Below are positions 1 through 9,209 of a stretch of DNA of 33,512 nucleotides, in pieces. The DNA lies in the IMG/VR virus record IMGVR_UViG_3300021509_000009, one strand, 5' to 3'. The first letter of the stretch is position 1; each line of letters begins with the position of its first letter. The position numbers and the translations under genes are program-made. This DNA is from a virus. The notes below the pieces were generated by a model that worked only from the letters and a program-made list of their open reading frames with translations, had not been told where the DNA came from and searched no databases.

Positions 1-1676
1 GGGTCTTTTTTAGAAGGGTCTCCCGCATCTATACAAGGACTTGTTTCGTTATCATTGACCCATGCCGAACCATTCCATCTGCCATATTGGGATTTCAGGT
101 GGAAATCGCCATAATCGGGGTCTGCAAACAATGGGTCTTCAGAGATATCACCTGTGCCTGCTGATGTTCCATTGTAATTCCCGAGAGAATTATTGTATAC
201 ATCATTATATGAGAGATTTATACTTATTCCACCAATATAGTTAATTCCATATTCTTTATTGCCAGCTATTATGTTATTTTTTATGTTATACACATACACA
301 GGCGTACCAGCCGACGCTGTATTTCTAAGAAGACCGTCGCATGTAATTCCATCCTTTCCATTTCCGTAGATGACATTGTTTATTATATTTGCAGTTCTCA
401 TAACACTATTTTCTGTTCTATCTACCTCTGTTATTATTCCACTCCCCATATTATTATATATTAAATTGTTAGTAACATTGTTTATATTCATTGATGGGTC
501 ACCAAACGCCCAAGTATCATATATACGAATGCCATCGCGTTCACAGTCATGAATAATATTGCCCTTAACAACACTGCCATAAGTCCACATCCATATACCA
601 TAACCATTGTAGACATGTCTAATTATGTTATTTGTAATTGTATTGCGAGGGGAGATACCATAAGGTTGCAGTGCCCATCCCGTAACGTGTTCAATGACAT
701 TGTTGGTAAAAATATTATCGGAACCAGCATTAAATTTTATAACTACACCCGTTCCTCCGTCACGGAATACATTATGTCTGATTGTAGCACGCTCAATATG
801 GCAATCCATAAACACTTTGACATGTTCCACGGTACAATATTGTATTAAATTACTCATAGCATAACCATATTGAAATGCCATATAAACATTGTCTATCAGC
901 AAATCTGAGTATTTTGTATAGGCATCTTCTTTTTCTGGTCTACATCCCCATATCGCAAGATTCGAAGAATAATCCCCTCCCTCACAAGAGAAGCCATGAA
1001 GATACATATCTTCTACTGCTACATAATCGCTAGTTGTTGAAACCCTAATAAGTGAGTTGTTCAATATCTCGGTGGCATGAAGAATGGTTTTATCTTTTCC
1101 TTGACCTCTCAATGTTGTATTGCTTCTATTTATTTGTATAGGGGTGTCAGCATTTGAAAGATTCCATGTCCCTTCTTTTAATTCAACAACTCCCCCTTCT
1201 ACAGGAAGAGAATCTAACGCTGCCTGAATGTCTTCCCCAAGATTTACAGCTATAAGTTCAGATGTGGTAATAGTCCAAACTTTATGGTCTTGCTTGTAGG
1301 GACCTATTGGTGGTTTGTAGTTAGATACTTCTACCTCTATATCCCATGTAGATGTTTTATTTGGAACTTGCCATATGAAAGAACTTGTCTTTGTGTTGTT
1401 TTCTTCATGCGTTTGAAGAACTTCTGCTCCACGCATAACCTCCCAGGTGAAGTTGCAGGTTTCATTTGCCGTTACAGTGAAAGTGATGCTATCTTCTGGC
1501 TGAACCTTGTATACGAGGTCTTGTGGATTATCTTTATTTGTTGGGTTTCCTCCAGTAGAAGACCAATTGGTGATGGATGGTGCAGCGGCACTCACACTCA
1601 CCACCCCAGTCAGTCCTGTAATAAAGATGATACCTATCACGAAACATGCAATAGCAACAAAATTATTTCTTAACAT
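1..1676 (-). CDS. Secreted right-handed parallel beta-helix (pectin-lyase-like/NosD, disaggregatase-related) protein, 3'-partial (>558 aa)
   Basis: Hand translation from ATG at 1676 is open to base 1. It starts with a signal peptide (MLRNNFVAIACFVIGIIFITGLTGVVSVSA-A). It has PbH1-like repeats (GIWMWTYGSVVKGNIIHDCERDGIRIYD) and the C-terminal motif GDISEDPLFADPDYGDFHLKSQYGRWNG..WVND..TSPCIDAGDP typical of Methanosarcinales beta-helix proteins. It is absent from the ORF track because it has no stop in the window. Confidence 0.85.
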   Translation of the reverse strand, partial: MLRNNFVAIACFVIGIIFITGLTGVVSVSAAAPSITNWSSTGGNPTNKDNPQDLVYKVQPEDSITFTVTANETCNFTWEVMRGAEVLQTHEENNTKTSSFIWQVPNKTSTWDIEVEVSNYKPPIGPYKQDHKVWTITTSELIAVNLGEDIQAALDSLPVEGGVVELKEGTWNLSNADTPIQINRSNTTLRGQGKDKTILHATEILNNSLIRVSTTSDYVAVEDMYLHGFSCEGGDYSSNLAIWGCRPEKEDAYTKYSDLLIDNVYMAFQYGYAMSNLIQYCTVEHVKVFMDCHIERATIRHNVFRDGGTGVVIKFNAGSDNIFTNNVIEHVTGWALQPYGISPRNTITNNIIRHVYNGYGIWMWTYGSVVKGNIIHDCERDGIRIYDTWAFGDPSMNINNVTNNLIYNNMGSGIITEVDRTENSVMRTANIINNVIYGNGKDGITCDGLLRNTASAGTPVYVYNIKNNIIAGNKEYGINYIGGISINLSYNDVYNNSLGNYNGTSAGTGDISEDPLFADPDYGDFHLKSQYGRWNGSAWVNDNETSPCIDAGDPSKKD

Positions 1677-1677
1677 C

Positions 1678-1941
1678 TTACTTATTTATTTTATTTATTT
1701 CTATAAGCGATAAAATACAATAACCTGCAATATCAATTAATGTATCTTCAATATCCTTAAGATTCTCACTATTAAATTCAATATTCTTCAAACGATTTAA
1801 TTTGATAGTCAATAGTATCTGAGTAGTATACCGTCCATATTCTCTCCATGTCTTATGAAATGCATCATTGTATTTTGAACCTCTATCTTCAAGCGTATTT
1901 TTTATTAGTTGTAGATAATAATCAAATTTATCTTCATTCAT
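1678..1941 (-). CDS. Nucleotide modification associated domain 1 (DUF1599-like) protein
   Basis: Pattern RGSKYNDAFHKTW...IKLNRL...IEDTLIDIAGYCILSL matches the helical Nmad1 family. Confidence 0.7.
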   Translation of the reverse strand: MNEDKFDYYLQLIKNTLEDRGSKYNDAFHKTWREYGRYTTQILLTIKLNRLKNIEFNSENLKDIEDTLIDIAGYCILSLIEINKINK

Positions 1942-1952
1942 TTTAATATCAT

Positions 1953-2126
1953 CTATATTTTATCAAGCTTATCAAATAACTTAACAAGCTCTCTTTTATA
2001 TTTCTTTCTTACCTTTTCCATTAGTTCATTTTTATCTTTATCGGACAGCATCTTACTGTGTGCCTCCACTTCATACGCCATCGGCATTGTAAATATATTT
2101 AGTATTTCTTCTATAATATCTTTCAT
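1953..2126 (-). CDS. Hypothetical protein (57 aa)
   Basis: GGAGG RBS, then ATG at 2126, then TAG at 1953. Below the ORF-track length cutoff. Confidence 0.55.
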   Translation of the reverse strand: MKDIIEEILNIFTMPMAYEVEAHSKMLSDKDKNELMEKVRKKYKRELVKLFDKLDKI

Positions 2127-2213
2127 TCTACTCTACCTCCATATATTAATTTTCCATAACACGCATATATTTAAGCGTAGACGCAATAAATTATTAAAGG
2201 TATAGTAAAGTAT

Positions 2214-2269
2214 TACCTAATGAAAAAAATTGCAATGAGCAACGAATATGAGCGTCTGATGCGAAATTT
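2214..2269 (+). repeat. Dispersed ~60 bp intergenic repeat, copy 1 (divergent degenerate partner at ~2150-2202)
   Basis: TACCTaatGAAAAAAATTGCAATGAGcaacgaaTATGAGCGTCTGATGCGAAATT aligns with copies at 12292, 19475 and 20047. Confidence 0.75.
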
Positions 2270-2726
2270 ATACCTCCTCATATAAAAACGCTACTAATTC
2301 TGGATTCTCATAGATATTACCTAAGACTTCTATATTATCCCTGTTATCTATATCATACCATAATATAATTGTACTTTTTTTCTCATTAAATAGTTCGAGT
2401 ACGAACCCTGTGTACTTCCATACTATCACCCCAGTGAGTTTATCATTGTATCTTACTATATCACCTTCGTAGATTTCTTTATTATTTTTGTCTTTTACGC
2501 CTGTATACTGCATAATCACTATTTTATCTTGAATATCCAAAATATCTACTTTCTCACTTGAAAAGACAGTTGGCGATTCATTTATCTCTTTATTATGAAA
2601 AAACAAATATCTAACTCCAAGTCCAAAAGTTGCTTCCAATTTGTCAAAATCAATGCCGATACACGGCTTCCCCCAGCATTTTAATTTTTTATGCCAAGCT
2701 CTAAATTTATAAATTCTATTATTCAT
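2268..2726 (-). CDS. YopX family protein
   Basis: YKFRAW at the N-terminus, MQYTGVKDKNNKEIYEGDIV, and EVLGNIYENPEL at the C-terminus. Confidence 0.9.
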   Translation of the reverse strand: MNNRIYKFRAWHKKLKCWGKPCIGIDFDKLEATFGLGVRYLFFHNKEINESPTVFSSEKVDILDIQDKIVIMQYTGVKDKNNKEIYEGDIVRYNDKLTGVIVWKYTGFVLELFNEKKSTIILWYDIDNRDNIEVLGNIYENPELVAFLYEEV

Positions 2727-3121
2727 CTTTCTTTTGGCATAGAATAATTAACTTCCCATCTCTTCCATAGCAAATTATAGTGTCTATAACCTATTATCTC
2801 AACTTCCGACCAATTTTCTTCCCACATAAGAAAGTAGCAATTTGATGGAGGAAGTGGAGAAACATCCCAACATCCATAGTCTCTTCTAAATTCCACTATA
2901 CCTTCTGCTTTGCGGAGTTTTACAATATCATTCTCATAAATCTCTCTATTATTTTTATCTTTTACACCTATAAATAAATCAGGTTGATTACCCTCTTCTA
3001 ACCACTTCCATAAAATCACTCTGTTAGAAAATTTATCTTGTAGTAAGTCACTCAATGTAAAATAGATTATAGCATTTCTTTCAGGAATCACTGCTCTGAA
3101 TTTTAATTTTTTCATTTTCAC
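2723..3121 (-). CDS. YopX family protein (second, tandem paralogue)
   Basis: KLKFRA...FIGVKDKNNREIYENDIV...EVEIIG. Confidence 0.8.
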   Translation of the reverse strand: MKMKKLKFRAVIPERNAIIYFTLSDLLQDKFSNRVILWKWLEEGNQPDLFIGVKDKNNREIYENDIVKLRKAEGIVEFRRDYGCWDVSPLPPSNCYFLMWEENWSEVEIIGYRHYNLLWKRWEVNYSMPKER

Positions 3122-3692
3122 CTATAATTTCATCAATAAGTCCCCATTCCTTTGCTTCTTTTGCATCCATCCATACTTCTCTTCTGCGTATTAATTGTCT
3201 TACTTCTTCTTTAGATTTATTACATCGAGATGCAAGAATTTCTATAACCTTATTTGTTATTCTATTAAGTTCTGCTGCTTCATCTTCTAATTGAGATGTA
3301 GATTCGTCTCTGAACATAGTCCACCTACGAGGCTCATGCAATAAAAACGATGCAGTAGGATATGCTAATCGTCTATCCGCAGCTTGTAAAATAATCATAG
3401 CAGCAGCACTTGCAGCTAAACCTTCTACTATTATTTTTATCTTTTTCCCTGATAATGATAGTTCTCTAAGAGTATCATAAATAGCAAAAGCCAAGTAAGC
3501 ATTACCACCAGTAGATGTTAATCTAATAGTAATAGGATTAAACCATTCTGGAGTATCTCGTATTGTCGAAATTTCTAAATTAAAATCCTCAACAGTTAAG
3601 TCATCAATTTCGCCTCGTAAGTATATTGTACGAGTTTTTAGTTCTTCATATCTTAGTCTTTCATATAAAGATAAACCTTCTAAGTTTTCCAT
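3081..3692 (-). CDS. ClpP-like serine peptidase (S14 family)
   Basis: RTIYLRGEID, TSTGG, GLAASAAA (catalytic Ser), LLHEP (His), WMDAKEAKEWGLIDEI. Confidence 0.9.
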   Translation of the reverse strand: MENLEGLSLYERLRYEELKTRTIYLRGEIDDLTVEDFNLEISTIRDTPEWFNPITIRLTSTGGNAYLAFAIYDTLRELSLSGKKIKIIVEGLAASAAAMIILQAADRRLAYPTASFLLHEPRRWTMFRDESTSQLEDEAAELNRITNKVIEILASRCNKSKEEVRQLIRRREVWMDAKEAKEWGLIDEIIGENEKIKIQSSDS

Positions 3693-4361
3693 TTATATAT
3701 TTCCTTTTAATCTAAATGTATCAATAATATCAGCCACATCTTCAGCACTATCTAGAATTCGTTCAAATCGTTTAATTATTTCTAATAATAATATTCTCTG
3801 TTTCTCTTCTTCAAAATCAGCTTTCATTATTCTTATTAATGTTTCACGATAAAGAGCATCTCCTTGATTTTCATATTTATTAATCTTTTTGATACATTCT
3901 AAAATAGTATCATTGTATTTTAAGAAATTCGATAGGCAACCAATTGCAGTTGATACAGATATTATAGATTTTTCAGCTAAATTTATAAATCTACCAAAAT
4001 AATTATCTACTACTTCTAAATTATAACCTAATTGTGACCATGCCGATATACGCCAAATTACTTCTTCAATTTCATCTATTATGTCATCAACCTTCTTTAC
4101 AAAATATCGAATGTCGGATATTTCTTCTGTTACTCGTGTATGGTCGTAAAGTAGCTTTTCATAAATGTCATGAACTATTATATCAGCCTTTTCTTCTATT
4201 TCTTTGGCTTGACTACTCAATTGTTGTATATCATTATTGTTATCTGTCTCTTTTAAAAGCCTAATTGAAGTAATTAATTTTCCTGTTAAATCTAAAAAGC
4301 TATTTTGATAATCATAGCGTTTGATAAAATTGATTTTTCCAATCATATTTTTAATTTTCAT
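3693..4361 (-). CDS. DUF47/PhoU-like phosphate transport regulator family protein
   Basis: Duplicated helical motifs EIEEKADIIVHDI / KYENQGDALYR and KKVDDIIDEIE / ERILDSAEDVADII. Confidence 0.8.
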   Translation of the reverse strand: MKIKNMIGKINFIKRYDYQNSFLDLTGKLITSIRLLKETDNNNDIQQLSSQAKEIEEKADIIVHDIYEKLLYDHTRVTEEISDIRYFVKKVDDIIDEIEEVIWRISAWSQLGYNLEVVDNYFGRFINLAEKSIISVSTAIGCLSNFLKYNDTILECIKKINKYENQGDALYRETLIRIMKADFEEEKQRILLLEIIKRFERILDSAEDVADIIDTFRLKGNI

Positions 4362-4504
4362 CTTCTACCACTTCAGCAAGATAGCCTACTAATGCGGCAC
4401 ACTCTTCTTTATTATTTCTGTCCAATAAACCATCAAATAATTTCCAAAATATATGTCTTACTTGCTCCTCTTCAATGCGATTAATATATTTCACAAGAGC
4501 TTTT

Positions 4505-5278
4505 TTATATACTCCCATTTAATTTTCTCACCTCATGATAATATTTTACAAGATGTTTAAAAGCATTCCAAGCTTTAATTACTATATCATTATTCCAAGT
4601 CTTCCATTCAAATTTTTTATTGTATTTATCTAATCTTAAAATTCCTACCATATATCCTTTATCATCAGGATGTAGATATTCATAGGCATATTTATATGAA
4701 GCTAACTGTAATAGCATTTCTGGATATATATGTTTCGATGTTTTGAAGTCAATAATGTATTTTTCTCCATCAAGAACACACCTGAAATCTAAAGTCCCAG
4801 CGTATTTATATTTACCATGATAAACAACTTCTTCACTTCCTAAAACTTCAATATCGTGTAGATTGTTCCAAGCAAGAAAAGCTGTCATAGATGGATAGAT
4901 TTCATTATCAATAGCATTAAGTAAATCCGAAATGCTTATTTCTCTTTTAAAGATCAATTCGATGGTTTTATGTACATCCTTTCCTAAAGATGCCGCTTTT
5001 TGTTTTATTTTCTGATGCTCCCTTTTTGCATCAATTAATATCTTATAAGCATTTTTTGAATTTAACTCTAATTTTCCATTTATTATATCGTTTAATCTCT
5101 TACTGAGATATTCAACGGTTACTTTTACTGTCCATACTTCGATTGCAGGCTTCCTTAAAATTGAAAGAATAGTAGTGCTTGAGGGATAGATTTTATTTCC
5201 TATTTTATAATGATGACCTTCTGAATTAATTCCAAAATGTTGTAGTTCCGAGGAACTTAGAAGATGTGCTTCTTCCAT
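4505..5278 (-). CDS. PD-(D/E)XK exonuclease-like protein
   Basis: YPSSTTIL, SEEVVY...YAGTLD, IIDFKTS, QLASY. Confidence 0.85.
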   Translation of the reverse strand: MEEAHLLSSSELQHFGINSEGHHYKIGNKIYPSSTTILSILRKPAIEVWTVKVTVEYLSKRLNDIINGKLELNSKNAYKILIDAKREHQKIKQKAASLGKDVHKTIELIFKREISISDLLNAIDNEIYPSMTAFLAWNNLHDIEVLGSEEVVYHGKYKYAGTLDFRCVLDGEKYIIDFKTSKHIYPEMLLQLASYKYAYEYLHPDDKGYMVGILRLDKYNKKFEWKTWNNDIVIKAWNAFKHLVKYYHEVRKLNGSI

Positions 5279-5284
5279 CTTCTA

Positions 5285-5518
5285 TCACCGGTTTCTTTTT
5301 TTTTTTTCATTTCTTCGCTGAAGTTCATCATTATATAATTTAATTAATCGTTTAAGTTGATAATCTGATAGAGAAGTAATAATTTCTTCTTGAATAGCTA
5401 AGTGATAACGTTCTGTCAAACCAGTGATATATTTTTTAAAATCTATATATTTATGATTTCCTTTTCTAAATATTTTATAACCAATATCTAATGTGTAAGT
5501 TATATTATCGTCTTCCAT
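5285..5518 (-). CDS. Hypothetical protein
   Basis: Tightly packed in the leftward operon. Confidence 0.6.
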   Translation of the reverse strand: MEDDNITYTLDIGYKIFRKGNHKYIDFKKYITGLTERYHLAIQEEIITSLSDYQLKRLIKLYNDELQRRNEKKKRNR

Positions 5519-5527
5519 CTCGATTAA

Positions 5528-6094
5528 TCATAAATCACAAGTATGCCACTCACCAGCATAATATTCTGCTCCACATCTCTTACATTTTTTCACAGGCTCA
5601 AAGTATTTCCTACAATTCAAACAGTAAGCGAGAGGTATATAAGATGTCGGAATTATTATCAAGGTTTCTTCGCATATTGGACAATAAATATTGCCCTTAA
5701 TATTTTCTTTCTTTAATTCTTTCCAAATTATATCTTCATCAATCTTTATTTTAACCCGCTCTTCAGGCATCTTATCTCCAAAATAAAATTTTATTGCTTC
5801 TGTATCTCCTAATGCTTCTTGGAAGCTATTAAAATAATTCTTTGATATAATTAAGCATGGTACAATCCTATCAATTAAATCTTTTTTAGAGTAAAACTGT
5901 TGAGGTTCATAAACATTATACTCGAAAGGAAAAGCAATAACTTTATATCCCTTAATATATTCATCATAGACTCGACCTGCATTGCATTCCCAAGGAACAT
6001 CATTCCAGTCATCACCCCACTGTTCTCCATTCTCACCAAGATAAAACTTAACTAAATTTCCCTTCCTTTCCCAATCAATTATTTCTCTATTCAT
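5528..6094 (-). CDS. Hypothetical protein with C-terminal Zn-ribbon motifs
   Basis: CPIC, CLNC, CKRC, HTC. N-terminal WGDDWNDVPW motif. Confidence 0.7.
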   Translation of the reverse strand: MNREIIDWERKGNLVKFYLGENGEQWGDDWNDVPWECNAGRVYDEYIKGYKVIAFPFEYNVYEPQQFYSKKDLIDRIVPCLIISKNYFNSFQEALGDTEAIKFYFGDKMPEERVKIKIDEDIIWKELKKENIKGNIYCPICEETLIIIPTSYIPLAYCLNCRKYFEPVKKCKRCGAEYYAGEWHTCDL

Positions 6095-7067
6095 CTCCTA
6101 CAAAAATCTTCTTGATATTCTCCATAATTTTAGATTTAGAATTTTTTGATAATTCTATTACATTTTCAATTGTTTTATGTGATGAAAGTAATTTAACAGC
6201 CGTATTGTATCCAATCCCAGGCACACTCATGAGTGTTTGCACTCTAAGTTCAGTCCATGATTTATTTTTCTTTTTCACTACAGGTTTAGGAGTATAATCA
6301 CGAGTTGTTACTAATCGCTTGAAATATGTATAAAAATATTCAGATGCTTCTGCTTTACCAAACTCTCGCCATATTATTCCATTTACATCTAAAGCAACTT
6401 TTGCTCCTAATATTGAATTGAATGTTAATCGTGCATTTTGACTATATCTTAATTCTTTTAACTTTTCATATTCATCAGTATCAATCCACACAAAAACTCC
6501 ATTAGGATATGACTCTTTTGCTTGATACAACCTATCCCAAAAATCTTCTCTTCTGATACTCTGAACAAAATCAGTAATGGTTTTACGTTCTATTAAACAA
6601 CCATCATATACTATATCTCCTAATTCTAATTTTTTAATTTCAATTTTAAAATCTGACTGCCAATCAAATAGGTGCTGTACATCTTTGTTTCTTTCTCGTG
6701 AATCTATGTATACAATCTTACTTTCATTGTTTATAGTTTTTATTTTTGATTTATTCTTCTTTGAATTATTTTTTTCTTCAAATGGATTGCGTAGGAATAT
6801 CACATCTGAAAATTTTGTATGAACTTCTGTACGAGTTAGCATAACTGGAGAATCTGGACTATATATTTTAACCTCAGGAAAAGCATAAGAACCATACCAT
6901 AGTGGTACATTATTATAAGGAGTTTTATTATTCAGTTGTGGTTCCGGTTTATGTATACAATCGGGACAGCGAGTTGTTGCATATTTTTTATTGTTTTTAT
7001 CATCATAAAATAGCACTAAATTCCAAGCTATCTTACCACATAAATTACATAACGGATACTCAGTCAT
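6087..7067 (-). CDS. ERCC4/XPF-family structure-specific nuclease with N-terminal Zn finger and C-terminal HhH
   Basis: IDSRE, LELGDI, IERKTITDF (ERKxxxD), HhH motif VPGIGYNTA, N-terminal CNLC/CPDC. Confidence 0.88.
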   Translation of the reverse strand: MTEYPLCNLCGKIAWNLVLFYDDKNNKKYATTRCPDCIHKPEPQLNNKTPYNNVPLWYGSYAFPEVKIYSPDSPVMLTRTEVHTKFSDVIFLRNPFEEKNNSKKNKSKIKTINNESKIVYIDSRERNKDVQHLFDWQSDFKIEIKKLELGDIVYDGCLIERKTITDFVQSIRREDFWDRLYQAKESYPNGVFVWIDTDEYEKLKELRYSQNARLTFNSILGAKVALDVNGIIWREFGKAEASEYFYTYFKRLVTTRDYTPKPVVKKKNKSWTELRVQTLMSVPGIGYNTAVKLLSSHKTIENVIELSKNSKSKIMENIKKIFVGDE

Positions 7068-7329
7068 TTCTATTTAAAGCATCAAAATATTGTACCTTTT
7101 CGATTTCATATCCCAATCTCCCTATTTCTTCTACTACCCAATTACATTGTCCTTCATTGAAATAAATGGGTATATATAAAACTTTGGCTTCTCTATCATA
7201 AATGCCCAGTCCATAGGTCTTACCATAATGAAAATCACAAACAAAGCTATGCAAAGCATCTTCAAACGAATTGTATTCACGCATATCTTTTTGAAAATAT
7301 CTATAAAATATGTATACATATCTATTCAT
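7060..7329 (-). CDS. Hypothetical protein
   Basis: Overlaps its neighbour in operon fashion. Confidence 0.6.
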   Translation of the reverse strand: MNRYVYIFYRYFQKDMREYNSFEDALHSFVCDFHYGKTYGLGIYDREAKVLYIPIYFNEGQCNWVVEEIGRLGYEIEKVQYFDALNRND

Positions 7330-7336
7330 TGTCTTA

Positions 7337-7543
7337 CTATTCAGAATTCCATAGTATTTCTACTTTTGCATAATTGGGTTGCTCAAAGTATTTACTCTTA
7401 TATTCAAAATTATATAAGGTGGTATCAGCCATCACTTGAAGCAAATCTTTAAGATTCTTTACTATGAGTCTTTCTGCTCTATCTTTATATTCTATTATCA
7501 AATTATATTCGTTTCCATACCTATCAATCATGAACTTCAGCAT
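7337..7543 (-). CDS. Hypothetical protein
   Basis: Operon packing. Confidence 0.55.
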   Translation of the reverse strand: MLKFMIDRYGNEYNLIIEYKDRAERLIVKNLKDLLQVMADTTLYNFEYKSKYFEQPNYAKVEILWNSE

Positions 7544-7719
7544 TTTTCTTTATGCCTCGCTATTTCTACAAATCTTGCTATTCTATCCCATTCTTTCAGA
7601 CGCAATGCTATAGCTTGAGTATAATCTTCACTTATTATTGTTATTTCTATATAGGATTCTGCAACTATAACTGATATCTCTTCATCATCTTTTCCTTTAA
7701 ACTTTAAAGTATTCACCAT
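7537..7719 (-). CDS. Hypothetical protein
   Basis: GGTGAT RBS and operon packing. Confidence 0.55.
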   Translation of the reverse strand: MVNTLKFKGKDDEEISVIVAESYIEITIISEDYTQAIALRLKEWDRIARFVEIARHKEKC

Positions 7720-7975
7720 TTACATCACCTTCATGAATAACAATATCAGTCAATCTTGATTTTTTAACTCCTACTCTAACTACATAATTTCGATTACAAT
7801 GTTCACAATAGCCATCAGCTATAACAAAACCAATATCACTATTAAGACTGTTAGGAATGTAATCATTAACCTCTATAAAATCACTCATATCTCTTGGAGT
7901 ATAGTATTTCAATAAATAATTTATAGAATTGCAATATGGACATTTATGTTCAACATTTAAAGTGAGCCACGACAT
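7697..7975 (-). CDS. Small Zn-finger protein
   Basis: CPYC ... CEHC pairs. Confidence 0.65.
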   Translation of the reverse strand: MSWLTLNVEHKCPYCNSINYLLKYYTPRDMSDFIEVNDYIPNSLNSDIGFVIADGYCEHCNRNYVVRVGVKKSRLTDIVIHEGDVNGEYFKV

Positions 7976-8138
7976 TACTCATACCAAATTTCTTTTATTT
8001 CAATTAAACCTTCACCAAACACTATAAGCATCCATGCAAGAAACAGAGGAAATTCCGTATCCCAATATTTTATCATTAGAACAAGCCCAAGAATGGTAAT
8101 AATTTTCCCAATCAATCTAAATGGAAAATATCTCCATG

Positions 8139-8327
8139 TCATTCTTTAGTTAGCATATCTTTTAGATAAAAATAAGTTCGTGCTGGTAAATAAGTCCGTA
8201 AAACATTAAGAAGAGTTTGTGCATCTCTCAGTAGAGCTGATTTATCTGGAAAATACTCCTTCGGGGAAATCTTAATACAAATATCTTCACTTAAAGTTCT
8301 TGTACCTATAATCAGGAATTCCCGCAT
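8139..8327 (-). CDS. Hypothetical protein
   Basis: GGAG RBS and operon packing. Confidence 0.55.
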   Translation of the reverse strand: MREFLIIGTRTLSEDICIKISPKEYFPDKSALLRDAQTLLNVLRTYLPARTYFYLKDMLTKE

Positions 8328-8429
8328 TATCCATCTCCTCTCTAACCTGATTTATCTTATTAGTTATATCATTCAATCTTCTAAATGCTCTTTCCAATCT
8401 CTCTTCTATATCCTTTAATCTTTCTTCTA

Positions 8430-8708
8430 TCATCTATATAAATCCTCAATATCAGATTCGTTATCAAGAGTCCCTACGAGTTCGATAACCTTCCGTTCAT
8501 TTAACTCCATTGCATTCTCTATCTTTTTTATCTCCCCATAAATATCTTCCGCTTCATCCTTTATATCTTTCATTTGTATTTGTAGTTCTTCCAATTTTTC
8601 ATGTAGTTTTGAACGTTCACGAATAAGTGTTAGAATTTCTTTCATAATTTCATCTCTTTTATTTCCTTTAAACTTCATTAGTTTACTTAATTTTGTTTTT
8701 AATTTCAT
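8430..8708 (-). CDS. Coiled-coil hypothetical protein
   Basis: Heptad-rich E/K/L sequence. Confidence 0.6.
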   Translation of the reverse strand: MKLKTKLSKLMKFKGNKRDEIMKEILTLIRERSKLHEKLEELQIQMKDIKDEAEDIYGEIKKIENAMELNERKVIELVGTLDNESDIEDLYR

Positions 8709-9198
8709 CTAATATTGTTTTAGCATCTACATTCCGAGGTCTCTTAATAGAAAATGATGATTTAAGTGTACTTTCACTACCTATCTTGATTCTTACATCT
8801 ATCTCAATATCTCGATAGCTTTCGGTTGACGGAGTATCAATTTCTTTACGATTTTCTTTCGGGTACTTAACATATAAATATTCTAAATCATGAGTATCAA
8901 AAACATTAAGTATATCTGTATGAATTGAAGGCTTATCGCCCGGTGATTCCAAATATACATATCTTCTTGGCGGGGGGGTAACAATTACTCGTGGATAAGC
9001 ATATAAACTCTGTATCCATGCTATTGCATATGTTTCTTTTTCATCTACCTTACAAAGATAAGGAACATTTGGCTGTGGTGTTGTAGTATCAGCTCTATGT
9101 AATATAGCTATTTTACCGTTTTTTAATCGTGATATCCAATTTTTATCTTCTTTATCTCTATGAAACACTAATACCTGAATATTATCTTTATCTTCCAT
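8683..9198 (-). CDS. Hypothetical protein
   Basis: 171 aa ORF in the operon. Confidence 0.7.
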   Translation of the reverse strand: MEDKDNIQVLVFHRDKEDKNWISRLKNGKIAILHRADTTTPQPNVPYLCKVDEKETYAIAWIQSLYAYPRVIVTPPPRRYVYLESPGDKPSIHTDILNVFDTHDLEYLYVKYPKENRKEIDTPSTESYRDIEIDVRIKIGSESTLKSSFSIKRPRNVDAKTILDEIKNKIK

Positions 9199-9209
9199 TT
9201 TTTTTCTTA

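Noticed and set aside
62-1713. Plus-strand ORFs 62-244, 370-552, 549-848, 1284-1673, 1507-1713
   Set aside because: Shadows of the long minus-strand beta-helix ORF, which has clear motifs.
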